A stretch of 64,000 bases of DNA from Eledone cirrhosa (taxonomy: Eukaryota). A program made the translations under genes and the position numbers. The notes under the pieces were generated by a model. The model did not search any database, was not told the DNA's origin, and saw only the letters and a program-made list of their open reading frames with translations. Location: the NCBI GenBank assembly GCA_964016885.1, contig OZ024746.1, forward strand, positions 93,124,001-93,188,000, given 5' to 3'. Shown piece by piece: positions 37,505 to 48,653 of this stretch; position 1 is the stretch's first letter; the number at the start of each line of letters is the position of its first letter.

Positions 37505-40055
37505 GTAAGATTGCAACTCACTCTCTTCAAGGTTACGTCCATAATGCAACTCGGGCTCTTCCACAGTGGGATGAATCCCTCCCTTAGCCAGCAATATGTA
37601 GCTACGCCTCTCATCTTATCCCCCCCCCTCTCTTATCACTTCACTGCTTCCCTGGCTTTGACCAAGGACAGAATAAGCATCCTAACATTGTAATGAAATA
37701 TTGATGTTCTCACAAATAAAACAATTCAGTTAACTCTGTAACGTGAAAATGTTAGTGCCACAATAAAAGCACCCAGTTCACCCTGTAATGTGATAGTGTT
37801 GGTGCCACAATAAAAGCACCCACTTCACTCTGTAGTATGATAGTGCTGGTGCTACAAAAAAAGCACCCAGTTCACCCTGTAGTGTGATAGTGCTACAATA
37901 AAACGTAAAGTATTTTCGCGGTAAAAGCTTTATCTCATATAATTAACTCACATATCAAATGTGTGTGATTTTGATGACGTTATTTATTTTGAGAACAATG
38001 CCTTCACATCAGTATGAGCAGCCAATTACTGCCAGTTTGAACAAAAAGAAGCGAGAGAATTCTGGCCGGATACGGCTGGTTTAAATGTTAAAGAGTTAAA
38101 ACATATATTTAGGCTATATATATATACTTACCCTTACTCAAAAGGAGTTATAATTCCTAGACTGAATAAACACTCTTTGTTAAATTGTGTATGTATGAGG
38201 TTTGTCAAAGTATCTGACCTTGAGCTGGGGGGGGGGGGGGTGCTTGGTGGAGTTCAAATACTAATCTATTTTGAAGCAGGTCCCTTGTACCTCTATACAT
38301 TTAGCCCAGTGATCCTTCAACAGTTCAAAGCATGTATAGAATGTTTCTGCTGGATTGACTCTCAGCTCTGCCATTGAAATCCTTTTTGACTCTCAAAACA
38401 GGAACCTTTCAGTGGCATCTTCATTTCTGGGAACAACCAGAGGTCAGAAGGAGACATGTCTGGAAAGTAGGGAGCTTGGTAAATAAGTGAAATACCTTTC
38501 TTTCTCAAGAAACCTTCGTATGGAGGAAAATAGATGTCTCACCCCTTCTCAAAAACATGACTTCTAGTAATGCTAGTTTAAAATAAAGGTTTAAAAGGAA
38601 AGAAACAGAAATTGTTAATGAATTTAATTTTAAATTTGGTTATAATTAATACACATCCCATATTTTAGAATAGGTATATCCTAAAGCTGCATATCATAAG
38701 AGGTAACTATAATGGTTTGCATCAAGAATCTGGCAGTAAAACATTGCTTCAAAATGTTCCATCCAACCCATTTTCTGCATTGAAAAGCAGATGTAAAAAT
38801 GAAGCATGAATTAAGTTATTTGTAAGCTGAGTAAACAATGGCAAATAAGATAGTCACTCCTATATTATGGGTGAATTCATGTTAAGAAAGCTTTTGTTCA
38901 ATTATAGGTTGAGTGTTATAACAGATTGAGAATATCGTCTCAAATTCAGTTGATCCTCCCCTAAAAGGCTATGCTCTAAATATTTAATTTTGTATGCTTT
39001 TTACTGTATTACCCTGACAAAGATACTGTGCCCTAGTTCACCTAGTTGTGAGTAGGTGTTCTGGGTTGAGGATGGGTATAGGTCATTATTGTAAGCAGTG
39101 CAGGCATTGTATAATTAAGTTTTTTAGCATTCAATAATTTAAGCTGAAAATTACAGAAGAAAAACTACATTGGTTTCAATTGAGTTAGTGTTAAAATATT
39201 CTATATAGGGTATTTTAACTCTTAACATTCTATAATGATTTAGCAGAAAATATCTAAAAATAGGTTTATTAATTAAAATATTCATAATATCTTTATTAGA
39301 TTGTTATAAAAATTTGCAGTATTATCCTGTAATGATTTAGCAGAAAATATCTAAAAACAGATTTAAAAATTGAAATGTTTATAGAATCACTGTGAAAATT
39401 TGCAGTAGACTAAAGGCTTCAATTTTTAATGTGATGCAGTCATACTGCTGTTTTTTGTAATTTTCAATAATGTCTTACTAATGAAATTTTGTATAGTACA
39501 AACATTGAGAGTTAAATACCTGACGATAAATTATGTGATGAGGAAAATCAATTTTAGCCAATGACTAAAATTGATTTATTTTGGAAAAAATTGAAGACAA
39601 CTCCAGGCATATTTCAGTTTTATTAAGAGCTTATCTGTAAAGCATAATCATGACCCTATTTGCTGAAGGAATAATGGGAGAGTCACTTGATTAATATACA
39701 GAAATATAATTGGTACAATGAAACTTTGATTAGGAAGACCTATACATGTTATGTTACAGGCATGTGTATCTAGAGCTATAACTACATTGTCTAATGTGAC
39801 TGTCTTTAAGATGGGGATGGTGGAGAGATTTGGCTGATATTTCTAGCAAATTTTATAACCAGATAGAGAGTCCTTCATTTGAATGAAATGGAGCTGCCTA
39901 CTTATGCATTTTTATCTACTAGAATTTTTTTCAACATACTGACACTTATGTGTGTACGTGTGTAGATTGTACACACAAGTTTAGTGAATGTTAGATGCTG
40001 TTTTCTATAGTTTGTCATCACCCCTTCCTTTCTCAGTCATCTCTCTCTCTCTCTG

Positions 40056-40092
<37 letters not shown>

Positions 40093-40416
40093 TCTACTAT
40101 TGGCACAAGGTCAGCAATTACCCAGTACATTACTGGTACTTTATTTTATCGACCCCCGTAAGGCTGAAAGGCAAAGTTAACCTTGGCGGGATTTGAACTC
40201 ACAATGGCAAGGGCCGTAACTCAATGTGTCAAAGCATGGTGTCCGACCCTCTACCGATACTGCCAATTCACCGCTTTTTATATACACACATATATAATAC
40301 TTGCCCCCCCCCCCCTGCCCGATGATGGGCCAGTTTAAAAGTGCCTTCTCTAATATGCAGTGGTGGCCATACATGTTAAGTGTATGAAACTTTGTTTATA
40401 CTATATATATATATAT

Positions 40417-40782
40417 GGAGGCACACATAGATATATATATGGAGGCACATATAATGGAGGCTTAGTGGTTAGAGCATTGGCCATGCAATCGAAAGGTTGT
40501 GAGTTCAATTCTCAGACCGGGTGATGTGTTGTTTCCTTGAGCAAGACACTTTATTTCACATTGCTCCAGTTCACTCAGCTGTAGAAATGAGATAAGGACT
40601 GGGGTCCATATCGTTCCACTGCAAAGTGGTCGTGGAGGTGTCACGGAAAAAAAGCACCCAACACTCACTGTAAATGAGGTTGGTGTTAGGAAGGGCATCC
40701 AGCTGTAGAAATCAAGCCAGAATCAGTTCCCGTCCCACCCTTGCAAGTAGGGAAAAGCGGACGTAAAATGATGATGATGATA
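40417..40782 (+). mobile_element. Same CORE-type SINE, near-identical to 4629-4965
   Basis: Colinear sequence; inserted in (TA)n; 5' head repeated. Confidence 0.87.
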
Positions 40783-40856
40783 TATAAAGTTATTCCGGGT
40801 TGAATCGAGGGTAACCTCAATAAGTAAGGTACTCAATACATAGCATGGTATAAATG

Positions 40857-41066
40857 TTTTAATATAGATAAACTTTTACAGGACTAGAACTGTTTCATTC
40901 ATGAGAAATCATCAGGAAGCTGGCTGTCCAAGTAAATGTGGTGGTATTTATATCTTTTGTGGTGGTAGGAGAGGGTGGGGATTGGGATGTGTGGAGGTCA
41001 TTGGTTGATGGATTTAAAGAAAAGGGAGTTCATTTAAAGCTATGTGTGTGTATTTATGTATATATG

Positions 41067-41111
<45 letters not shown>

Positions 41112-41947
41112 GTGTGTATATATGTATGTATGTGTGTGTATATATATATGTATGTGTATGTATGTGTGTGTATGTATGTGTGTGTGTATGTATGTATGTG
41201 TGTGTGTGTGTATATATATGTGTGTGCGTGTGTATATATATATATGTGTATACACATGTATGTACGTGTGTGTGTGTGTATCTATGTATATATGTATGTG
41301 TATATACAGTTTGTGTATGTATGTATATATATATATATATATATTTGTATGTATGTGTATATATGTGTGTGTGTATATATATATATATGTATATATATAT
41401 GTGTGTGTGTGGGTGTATGTACTTATATGTATGTTTGTTGTGTGTGTGCATGCCTGCGTGTGCGCTTGTGTGTACGTGTGTAAGCAGACGCCTATGTGAA
41501 TGTGCTTGTTGACACCTGGAATATAAATTAAGAGAAACTTCACAATAAGGGAAAGCACCCCAACACTTACAACCCCTTCTGCCTTTGTCCCCTTTATTTC
41601 AGCCTTAAAGAATTAGCTCCTAAAGAATTTCTCTTTTCTTTAAACCAATGAACCCCACCCATCCTGTAGACACCTGTCTCACAGGTATTGTTAGTCTAAG
41701 TGATAAGCAAGGATTGGTATTCCAATTTTAATTTGTTTACAGTATTCTTTCTGCCTTAGTTAATATTATAGCTTTAAAGAATTGGCTTTTAATGAACTCC
41801 CTTTTCTTTAAATCCATCCCAATCCCCACCCTCTCCTACCACCAGAAAAGATGTAAATACCACCACATTTACTCGGACAGCCAGCTTCCAGATGATTTCT
41901 CATGAATGAAACAGTTCTAGTCCTGTAAAAGCTTTTCTATATTAAAA
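40857..41947. repeat. Inverted repeat (arms about 40857-41041 and 41784-41947) of a second Penelope-like family around a TA/TG microsatellite
   Basis: Arms are reverse complements with one indel; cctgatga...gaaac motif; related fragments at about 1265-1330 and 18850-18990. Confidence 0.7.
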
Positions 41948-42147
41948 AATATATATATATATATACAATATTAAATAAATGGAAAACTATATTTATAAAA
42001 CCATATTTATTTCATCCTATATATTTCATCATATATAAATATAGTTTTCCATTTATTTAATATTGTAAATATACTCCAAATATTTGTCGAGTGCTTTTAT
42101 ATCAGTTATAAATATTTACTAGTTGTAACCCAACAATTTTAAATATA

Positions 42148-42195
<48 letters not shown>

Positions 42196-42615
42196 TATTA
42201 TAAAGAAGAGAGACAATTTCAGGTGTTCATCCTCTGTTTATTATATAATAAACAGGATGTATATGTAAAATTGTTCCTCTTCTTTATAATATCGACAATC
42301 TATTTGATACTTTATTGATAATATTTTAACCCTTTAGCATTTACATTCCTCTGTATATACTGTTGTATTTTCAATTTTCATGGTAAACTCTTTATCTCAC
42401 ATATTATCAAATCTATGAGATTTTGATATTATTTATTTTGAGAACAATACCTTAACATCAGTATGAGTGGCTGGTTACAGCCGGTTTGAACAGGAAGAGG
42501 TTTAAATGCTACAGGGTTAAGGAACCCAAATCATGGAGTGCTTTACATCTGTTTACAACTACAGGCGGTCAATTAATTAATCAACCAAGATTTCTTTACT
42601 TGAATTATATATATA

Positions 42616-42675
<60 letters not shown>

Positions 42676-42939
42676 AAAGCAAATAAATTCATAACCTCTT
42701 CACACTGCCATTTTATTTTTCTTGGTGCTTATATATATATATATATATGAGATTTTTATATTTTTGTGTGTATATGTATATATACTATACATGCACCTTT
42801 GATGAGTTGTAGTGCACCTGAGCACTGTACACAATAATTTCATTATTATTATTATTACGCACACGCAAGAGAGAGACGGAGAGGGAGAGACAGTATGCAA
42901 TAAATATATAACTAATATATAATTTTATTTTATTTTTAG

Positions 42940-42977
42940 GGATTTTGTTCATGGATTGCTGCATTTATACGAGTGAA
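42940..42977 (+). CDS. TMEM63: TMEM63 coding exon 4
   Basis: tttttag|GFCSWIAAFIRV(K)|gtaaga; matches the family motif GFCSWLxAxFRxK; phase 0 to 2. Confidence 0.95.
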
Positions 42978-44407
42978 GTAAGAAAACTATCTTTCTTTTT
43001 ACATGTTCTTTTCATGTTTTGACGGCAGCTTTTTCTGTTTGAATATTTTTCTATTGTTAGAAAGTAAGTTGTGGCCTAGTGGTTAAGATGTAGGACTCAT
43101 AATCTTAACGTTGTGGAGTTTTTTTCTTGAACCAGGTGTTGCATTGAATTATTTAGCAAGACACTAGATTTCATGATGCTTTTCATGACAAGACTGGGGT
43201 CCTTATCATTAAAATGCCTAAGGAACCTCCTATGAGATACAACCATGTAGGAGGCCAGCTAAACCTACATATGTGTCAACTGTAAATTTCACTTTTTTTA
43301 TGTGCATGCTCAGACGTGCACACACACATGCATACATATATTTATTAGGGTTTGGAACTCATGATCGTATGGTTGTGGGTTCAATTCCTGGATTAAGTGT
43401 CCCATTGTGTTCTTGAGGAAGACACTTCCTGTCATGTTGTTTTTCATAAAACTGAAGAGCTCCATCCTTAAAATACCCAAGGAACCTCAAGGTAGATGCA
43501 ACCTTGTGGGAGGCCAGCTAAACCTGGGTAGGTGTGAGCTGTAAGAAGCCACTGTTGAGTATGATTCTGGTGTGACTCTGAGGTGGAATATTAGATATAG
43601 CTCTCATAGCAAGTGTCATGTACATGTTAACTTCAAAATCATCGTTGAACCCTTTAGCATTTACATTACTCTATATTTACTATTATATTTTCATAGTAAA
43701 GGCTTTATCTCACATAATATCAAATCTATGAAATTTTGATATTTATTTTGAGAACAATCCCTTAACATCAGTATGAGCGGCTGGTTACAGCTAGTTTGAA
43801 CAGAAAGAGGTGAGAGAATTCTGGGCGGATATGGCCGGTTTAAAGACTAAAGGATTAATGTCTGTTTTCCCTGCTAGCAAAGGCTGGACATGTTGTATCA
43901 GACAAACTCAATACTCAAGTAAAACTACTGACCACTCATATGAACTAGGGCCACATTTTGCATATATATGTTCCACACCCTACCGAGGGGGCCAGCAACT
44001 TGCTAACATATGCTTTCGAGTGCATTTTATTGTGGCACCAGCACTAGGGAGGTTGTCATGTCTTTAACCCTTTAGCATTTACATTACTCTGTATTTACTA
44101 TTGTATTTTCACAGTAAAGGCTTTATTTCACATAATATCGAATCTATGAGATTTTGATATTATTTATTTTGAGAACAATACCTTAACATAAGTATGAGCA
44201 GCCGGTTATTACCAGTTTGAACAGAAAGGGATGAGAGAAGTTTGGCCGGATATGGTCGGTTTAAATGCTAGAGGGTTAACATTGCTATAGAGTCCTCCTG
44301 ACCCTTTGACATGATCATTGCCATTATAATGAGGATAGAATTGTTGATTGATGGTCCTTCTTTTATTATCTATTCATGTATTTGGATATGGATTTCCTTC
44401 TTTTCAG

Positions 44408-44547
44408 AGATGCAGATATTCTTCGCAAATGTGGCCGTGATGCAGTGCAGTATCTGTCATTTCAGCGCTATCTTTTGGTCTATCTTTGTGTAATATGTAC
44501 TCTTTCTACTGCTGTCGTCTTACCAGTAAACTTTCAGGGAAATCTCG
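44408..44547 (+). CDS. TMEM63: TMEM63 coding exon 5
   Basis: ttttcag|DADILRKCGRDAVQYLSFQRYLLVYLCVICTLSTAVVLPVNFQGNL|gtaagt; KCGxDAxxYLSFQR and LPVNF are CSC1/OSCA N-terminal TM domain motifs; phase 2 to 1. Confidence 0.97.
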
Positions 44548-44843
44548 GTAAGTATCTGTAAAGCTCTATATAATATATATCAGGACAATCTCTGTGTGTA
44601 TCTGTAAAGCTCTATATAATATAGATCAGGACAATCTCTGTGTGTATCTGTAAAACTCTATATAGTATAGATCAAGATAATCTCTCTTTGTGTGTATCTA
44701 TAAAGGTCTATTGTAGTATAGATCAAGACAATCTCTGTGTATCAACAAATCTCTATATAGTATAGATCAAGACAATCTATGTGTACCAACAAAGCTCTAT
44801 ATAGTATAGATCTGGGAAATCAGTGACACTATATAGCATAGAT
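44535..44843. repeat. Degenerate tandem repeat of about 46 bp (about 6 copies) starting at the exon 5 donor
   Basis: caggacaatctctgtgtgtatctgtaaagctctatataatatagat units. Confidence 0.85.
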
Positions 44844-44999
44844 TGAAAAAAATGTCTAAATTTGGAAGTATATTTACCCCTGTAGGTAAACACATAAAAA
44901 TGTATAGATATATACATCTGTTACTGTCTGATGAGTATATATATACTGTATATATATACTGTATATATACATCTGTTACTGTCTGAATGAGTATATATA

Positions 45000-45850
45000 T
45001 AGTGTGGCAGAGATAAATCTGGAAAAAATTGATGGATAATAAAAACAGCTTTTTTTACATAACAAATTAAAATAATTTAATGAAACTTTTTACACAATTA
45101 GGCACATATATAAGGTACAAACATCACTTAATGTGGCTACCACTTTCTCCAGGTGGGACTGGAAGCTAGAGCAGCCCTTAGCAATGACCTCCCTGTCCAT
45201 GTTGGCCATGACATCCCTGATGGCTGCCTTAAGAGCCTCTTTGGTATTGTAGGGCCTGCTGTTCACCACCCCCAAAATAGTCCAGAAGATTACTGTCTGG
45301 TGATGATGGGGAAGGGGGCGGGGGGCATAAGTCGGGTAAGCAGTGGTACGGCACATTGGCAAAGAGCCAGGTCCGGGTGTTCCTGGCCTTGTGGGTAGGG
45401 GAAGAGTCCTGTTGAAAGAAATAGGGCCGTCCACTAACCACCCTGTCCATCCAGAGCTCTACATGCTCATTCAGAAGCCTCACGTAGCTGTTGGCACCAA
45501 GGCAGAGGCCATCAGGAATGAACTTGGGTGTCCCGGTGCTACTAGAGCTCTTCTTATGAGTCTTGCATTCTGGCCTGAAATTGTCCTTGTTGTCTGAGGC
45601 CCTACATGCCTTTCCAAGGTGGTAGACCATGGTTTTAGGCTATTTATACTACTCCATGATTTCCTGGGCTTTGTTGCCAGTGTGGAAGCTCTCCACAACA
45701 GCAACTTGATGATTGTATGCTGAAGACATTGATTAATAAGCACAGCTACTGAGGTGTGGTACTTTCTAATGACACTCTCAAACATCGCTATGCTGTGATG
45801 TCACAGTAATGTTGCCATGTAAAAATTCTGAATTTATCTGTGTCACACTG
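45000..45850 (-). mobile_element. Defective Tc1/mariner DNA transposon, maT/DD37D-like
   Basis: Imperfect TIRs (agtgtggcagagataaat / atttatctgtgtcacactg) flanked by TA; frameshifted transposase remnant YFFQQDSSPTHKA..W..PSSPDSNLLDYF and NTKEALKAAI...CSSFQSHLEKVV. Confidence 0.88.
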
Positions 45851-46077
45851 TATATATGAATAAATATTTCCATAAATGTTAATTCCATTCATCAAAAAGA
45901 ACAAAGAAAATTGTAAATTTGTACAAACAATATAAGTAGAATGATGTCTCCGCAGATGATATTTTGTGTGTGTTTATGTTTATATATGTATGCAAGGTGA
46001 TATTATTGTGTGTTTATGTGTGTGTGTCCAACCCTTGCTATCAGGGAAAGCAGATGTTAAAATGACGATGATATATT

Positions 46078-48500
46078 CATCATCATCATCATCAGGTTTA
46101 GCGTCCGTGTTCCACGCTTGCATGGGTTTGGACGGGAGTTTTCCCACTTGAGGCAAGAGTGGTTGTCTTGCTCGCATAGGACTGTCTGGCGGGTTTTCTA
46201 CAGTTGGATGCCCTTCCTAACACCAACCACATTTACAGTGTGGGGCTGGGAGGTTTTTACCGTGTTGCCTACACGGCCACATTACAGCGTGGACTGTCTG
46301 GCGGGTTTTCTACAGCTGGATGCCCTTCCTAACACCAACCACATTTACAGTGTGGGGCTGGGAGGTTTTTACCGTGTTGCCTACACGGCCACATTTACAG
46401 CGTGGACTGTGTGTTTTTTGTCGTGACACCTACACGATCTCATTTGTTTCGGCCTGGATGTTGTGGGACCAACATAACTTTACATTGAAAGGGGTGGTGT
46501 GGGTGGGGTGGAGGTGGTGGGACGGGGGTGTGTTTTGATAGAGATGCCTACTGACTGTAGTAGGTTTTTACTTTGTATTTAGGTAAGGCGGGTCTTCTCT
46601 ATTACTGAGTACCGCCAAAGGTCTCGGTCCAGTGACATTGTCTTGGAGAGGTGTAAGCGTGTGAGGTCGGAATTTATCAGCTCGTCCCATGTTTTTCTGG
46701 GTCTGCCTACTCCGTGGCTACCGTCTATCTTTATTGCCCTGCACTTTGTTATACAGCTGTCGTCTTTCATGCGCATCACGTGACCGTACCAACGTAGCCT
46801 TCTCTCGAGTAAACAACATCTGATCCCTCTTATTTCTAATTTTTTCCTTAGTTCGTTTATGCTTTGCCGTTCACGTATATTACTATTGCACATCCAGCGG
46901 AGCATGCAAGCTTCGTTCCTCTCTAGTCTGCGTATATCCTCTGCACACAATGCCCAGGTCTCACTGCCATGCAGCATTGCTGTTCGTATGCAGGCATCGT
47001 ATAACCTGCCTTTCATTTTTAGGGAGAACCCTCTAGCGGCTAATAGTGGTATAAGCTCTCTGAACTTTTTCCATCCAGTTCTGACTCTAGCTACTGTACT
47101 TTCAGAGCACCCTCCCCCACTGCTGATTTTGTCACCCAGATAACGGAAGCTGTCCACTATTTCTATAGAACCCTCTGCGCAGTTGAAGGAGCTAGTATTT
47201 TGTGGGCACTTGCTGCTACTTATTGCACCAGAGCACCGGCCACATGTAAAATCTATGTTCTTAGTTAGCTTACCTGTGATCCCACTACATCTTTTATGCA
47301 CCCATACTTTGCATTTGGGACATAAAATGGAGTTTCTACCTACGCCTTTCCTGCACACTGAGCATGGCCATTTCCCAGATGGGACCGCCGCCTTATTTTC
47401 TTTCCTACAAACTAGAACTTTAGTCTTAGCCAGGTTAATTTTAAGGCCTTTTGATTCTAGGCCGTGCTTCCATGTTTGGAATTTCTTCTCTAGTTCGGTC
47501 ATTGATTCAGCTATGAGCGTTAGATCATCTGCGTATAGGAGTTCCCATGGGCAGCCGGTCTTGAACTCCTCTGTTATAGCCTGAAGGGCAATAATAAATA
47601 GTAGGGGGCTAAGAACAGAGCCCTGATGGACACCAACTTTTACGCTAAACTCTTCACTATATTCGTTGTTAATTCTAACCTTACTGACTGTTTCTTTATA
47701 CATGGCTTGTATAGCTCTCACAAGCCATTCGTCAACACCTAGTTTTCTAAGAGACCACCAGATAATGGAACGGGGGACTCTGTCGAAGGCTTTCTCCAAG
47801 TCGACGAAAGCTAAGTATAGGGGTTTACTTTTAGTTAGGTTCTTCTCCTGTAGTTGTCGTACAATTAAAAGAGCGTCTGTGGTACTTTTGCCTGACACAA
47901 ACCCGAACTGCATTTCATCTAGATCAATTCTCTCTCTGATTAGTTGCGCTATTACTTTTTCCGTGACCTTCATGACCTGGTCGATTAATTTAATGCCTCT
48001 ATAGTTACTCCTATCTAGGGCATCTCCTTTTCCCTTATAGCAGTTAACGATGATGCTGCTACGCCATTCCTTCGGAACAACCCCATTCTGTACGACTTGG
48101 TTAACTATCCGGGTGACCATGGTGTGTCCCACCGAACCAGATGCCTTCAGCATCTCAGCAACTATTTCCGAAGGCCCAGCCGCCTTACCCGTCTTCATAT
48201 CTTTGATTGCCTTACTTATTATACTACCTTCAACTAACACTGCTGGTCCCTCTATTGGATCGATCTGGGGGAGACTGTCTTTCTCCCATTTGTTCTCCTC
48301 ATTTAGAAGCCTTTCGTAGTGACACTTCCAAGCTACCTTCTTATCAGCGCTGGTGATGGCAAGTATGCCATCATCGTTAAGTACACACTTCTCCCCGACA
48401 ATATCACGGTTTTCCTTGACACATTGCCTGGCAATCCTGAACACCTCACGTTTTTGAATCCTGAACACCTCGCGTTTTTCAATCCTGAACACCTCACGTT
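46078..48500 (-). mobile_element. RTE LINE insertion (ORF, 3'UTR and (ATG)n tail) in the intron between exons 5 and 6, antisense to TMEM63
   Basis: (CAT)n tail at about 46078-46093; 3'UTR 46094-46578 similar to copies at 5470-5930 and 683-884; 5' end truncated near 48500. Confidence 0.93.
46579..48492 (-). CDS. RTE-clade non-LTR retrotransposon ORF, 5'-truncated: reverse transcriptase plus Cys/His finger
   Basis: 637 codons without a stop: KGKGD..NYRGIKL, QFGF, AFVDLEKAFDRVP, GVHQGSVLSPLLF, LLYADD, CxxC..CxxC..HxxC..CxxC finger, FRYLG, LHGSETW, RLRWYGHV, GRPRKTW. No AP-endonuclease domain. Confidence 0.95.
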   Translation of the reverse strand: MFRIEKREVFRIQKREVFRIARQCVKENRDIVGEKCVLNDDGILAITSADKKVAWKCHYERLLNEENKWEKDSLPQIDPIEGPAVLVEGSIISKAIKDMKTGKAAGPSEIVAEMLKASGSVGHTMVTRIVNQVVQNGVVPKEWRSSIIVNCYKGKGDALDRSNYRGIKLIDQVMKVTEKVIAQLIRERIDLDEMQFGFVSGKSTTDALLIVRQLQEKNLTKSKPLYLAFVDLEKAFDRVPRSIIWWSLRKLGVDEWLVRAIQAMYKETVSKVRINNEYSEEFSVKVGVHQGSVLSPLLFIIALQAITEEFKTGCPWELLYADDLTLIAESMTELEKKFQTWKHGLESKGLKINLAKTKVLVCRKENKAAVPSGKWPCSVCRKGVGRNSILCPKCKVWVHKRCSGITGKLTKNIDFTCGRCSGAISSSKCPQNTSSFNCAEGSIEIVDSFRYLGDKISSGGGCSESTVARVRTGWKKFRELIPLLAARGFSLKMKGRLYDACIRTAMLHGSETWALCAEDIRRLERNEACMLRWMCNSNIRERQSINELRKKLEIRGIRCCLLERRLRWYGHVMRMKDDSCITKCRAIKIDGSHGVGRPRKTWDELINSDLTRLHLSKTMSLDRDLWRYSVIEKTRLT

Positions 48501-48548
48501 ATTAATAAATATATTATTTATATATATATATTTTGGTCTTCACATTTA

Positions 48549-48579
<31 letters not shown>

Positions 48580-48601
48580 ATTTTTAAAAAATATTTTTCA
48601 G

Positions 48602-48653
48602 TTGGTAATTCCACTGATTTTGGCCACACTACAATTGCTAATGTTGATTCTAG
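48602..48653 (+). CDS. TMEM63: TMEM63 coding exon 6
   Basis: ttttcag|(V)GNSTDFGHTTIANVDS|gtaagt; FGxTTIAN motif; phase 1 to 2. Confidence 0.95.

Noticed and set aside
40938-41558. Multiple Y/V/C/M and H/T/I ORFs
   Set aside because: TA/TG microsatellite translations.
46579-48492. RT as a domesticated gene or retron/DGR-type system
   Set aside because: It has an ordinary RTE LINE 3'UTR and tail, is 5'-truncated, and has sibling fragments in the window.
46065-48515. Target-site duplication for the large RTE copy
   Set aside because: Only a short AT-rich match (atatatt) is present, which is not distinguishable from chance.
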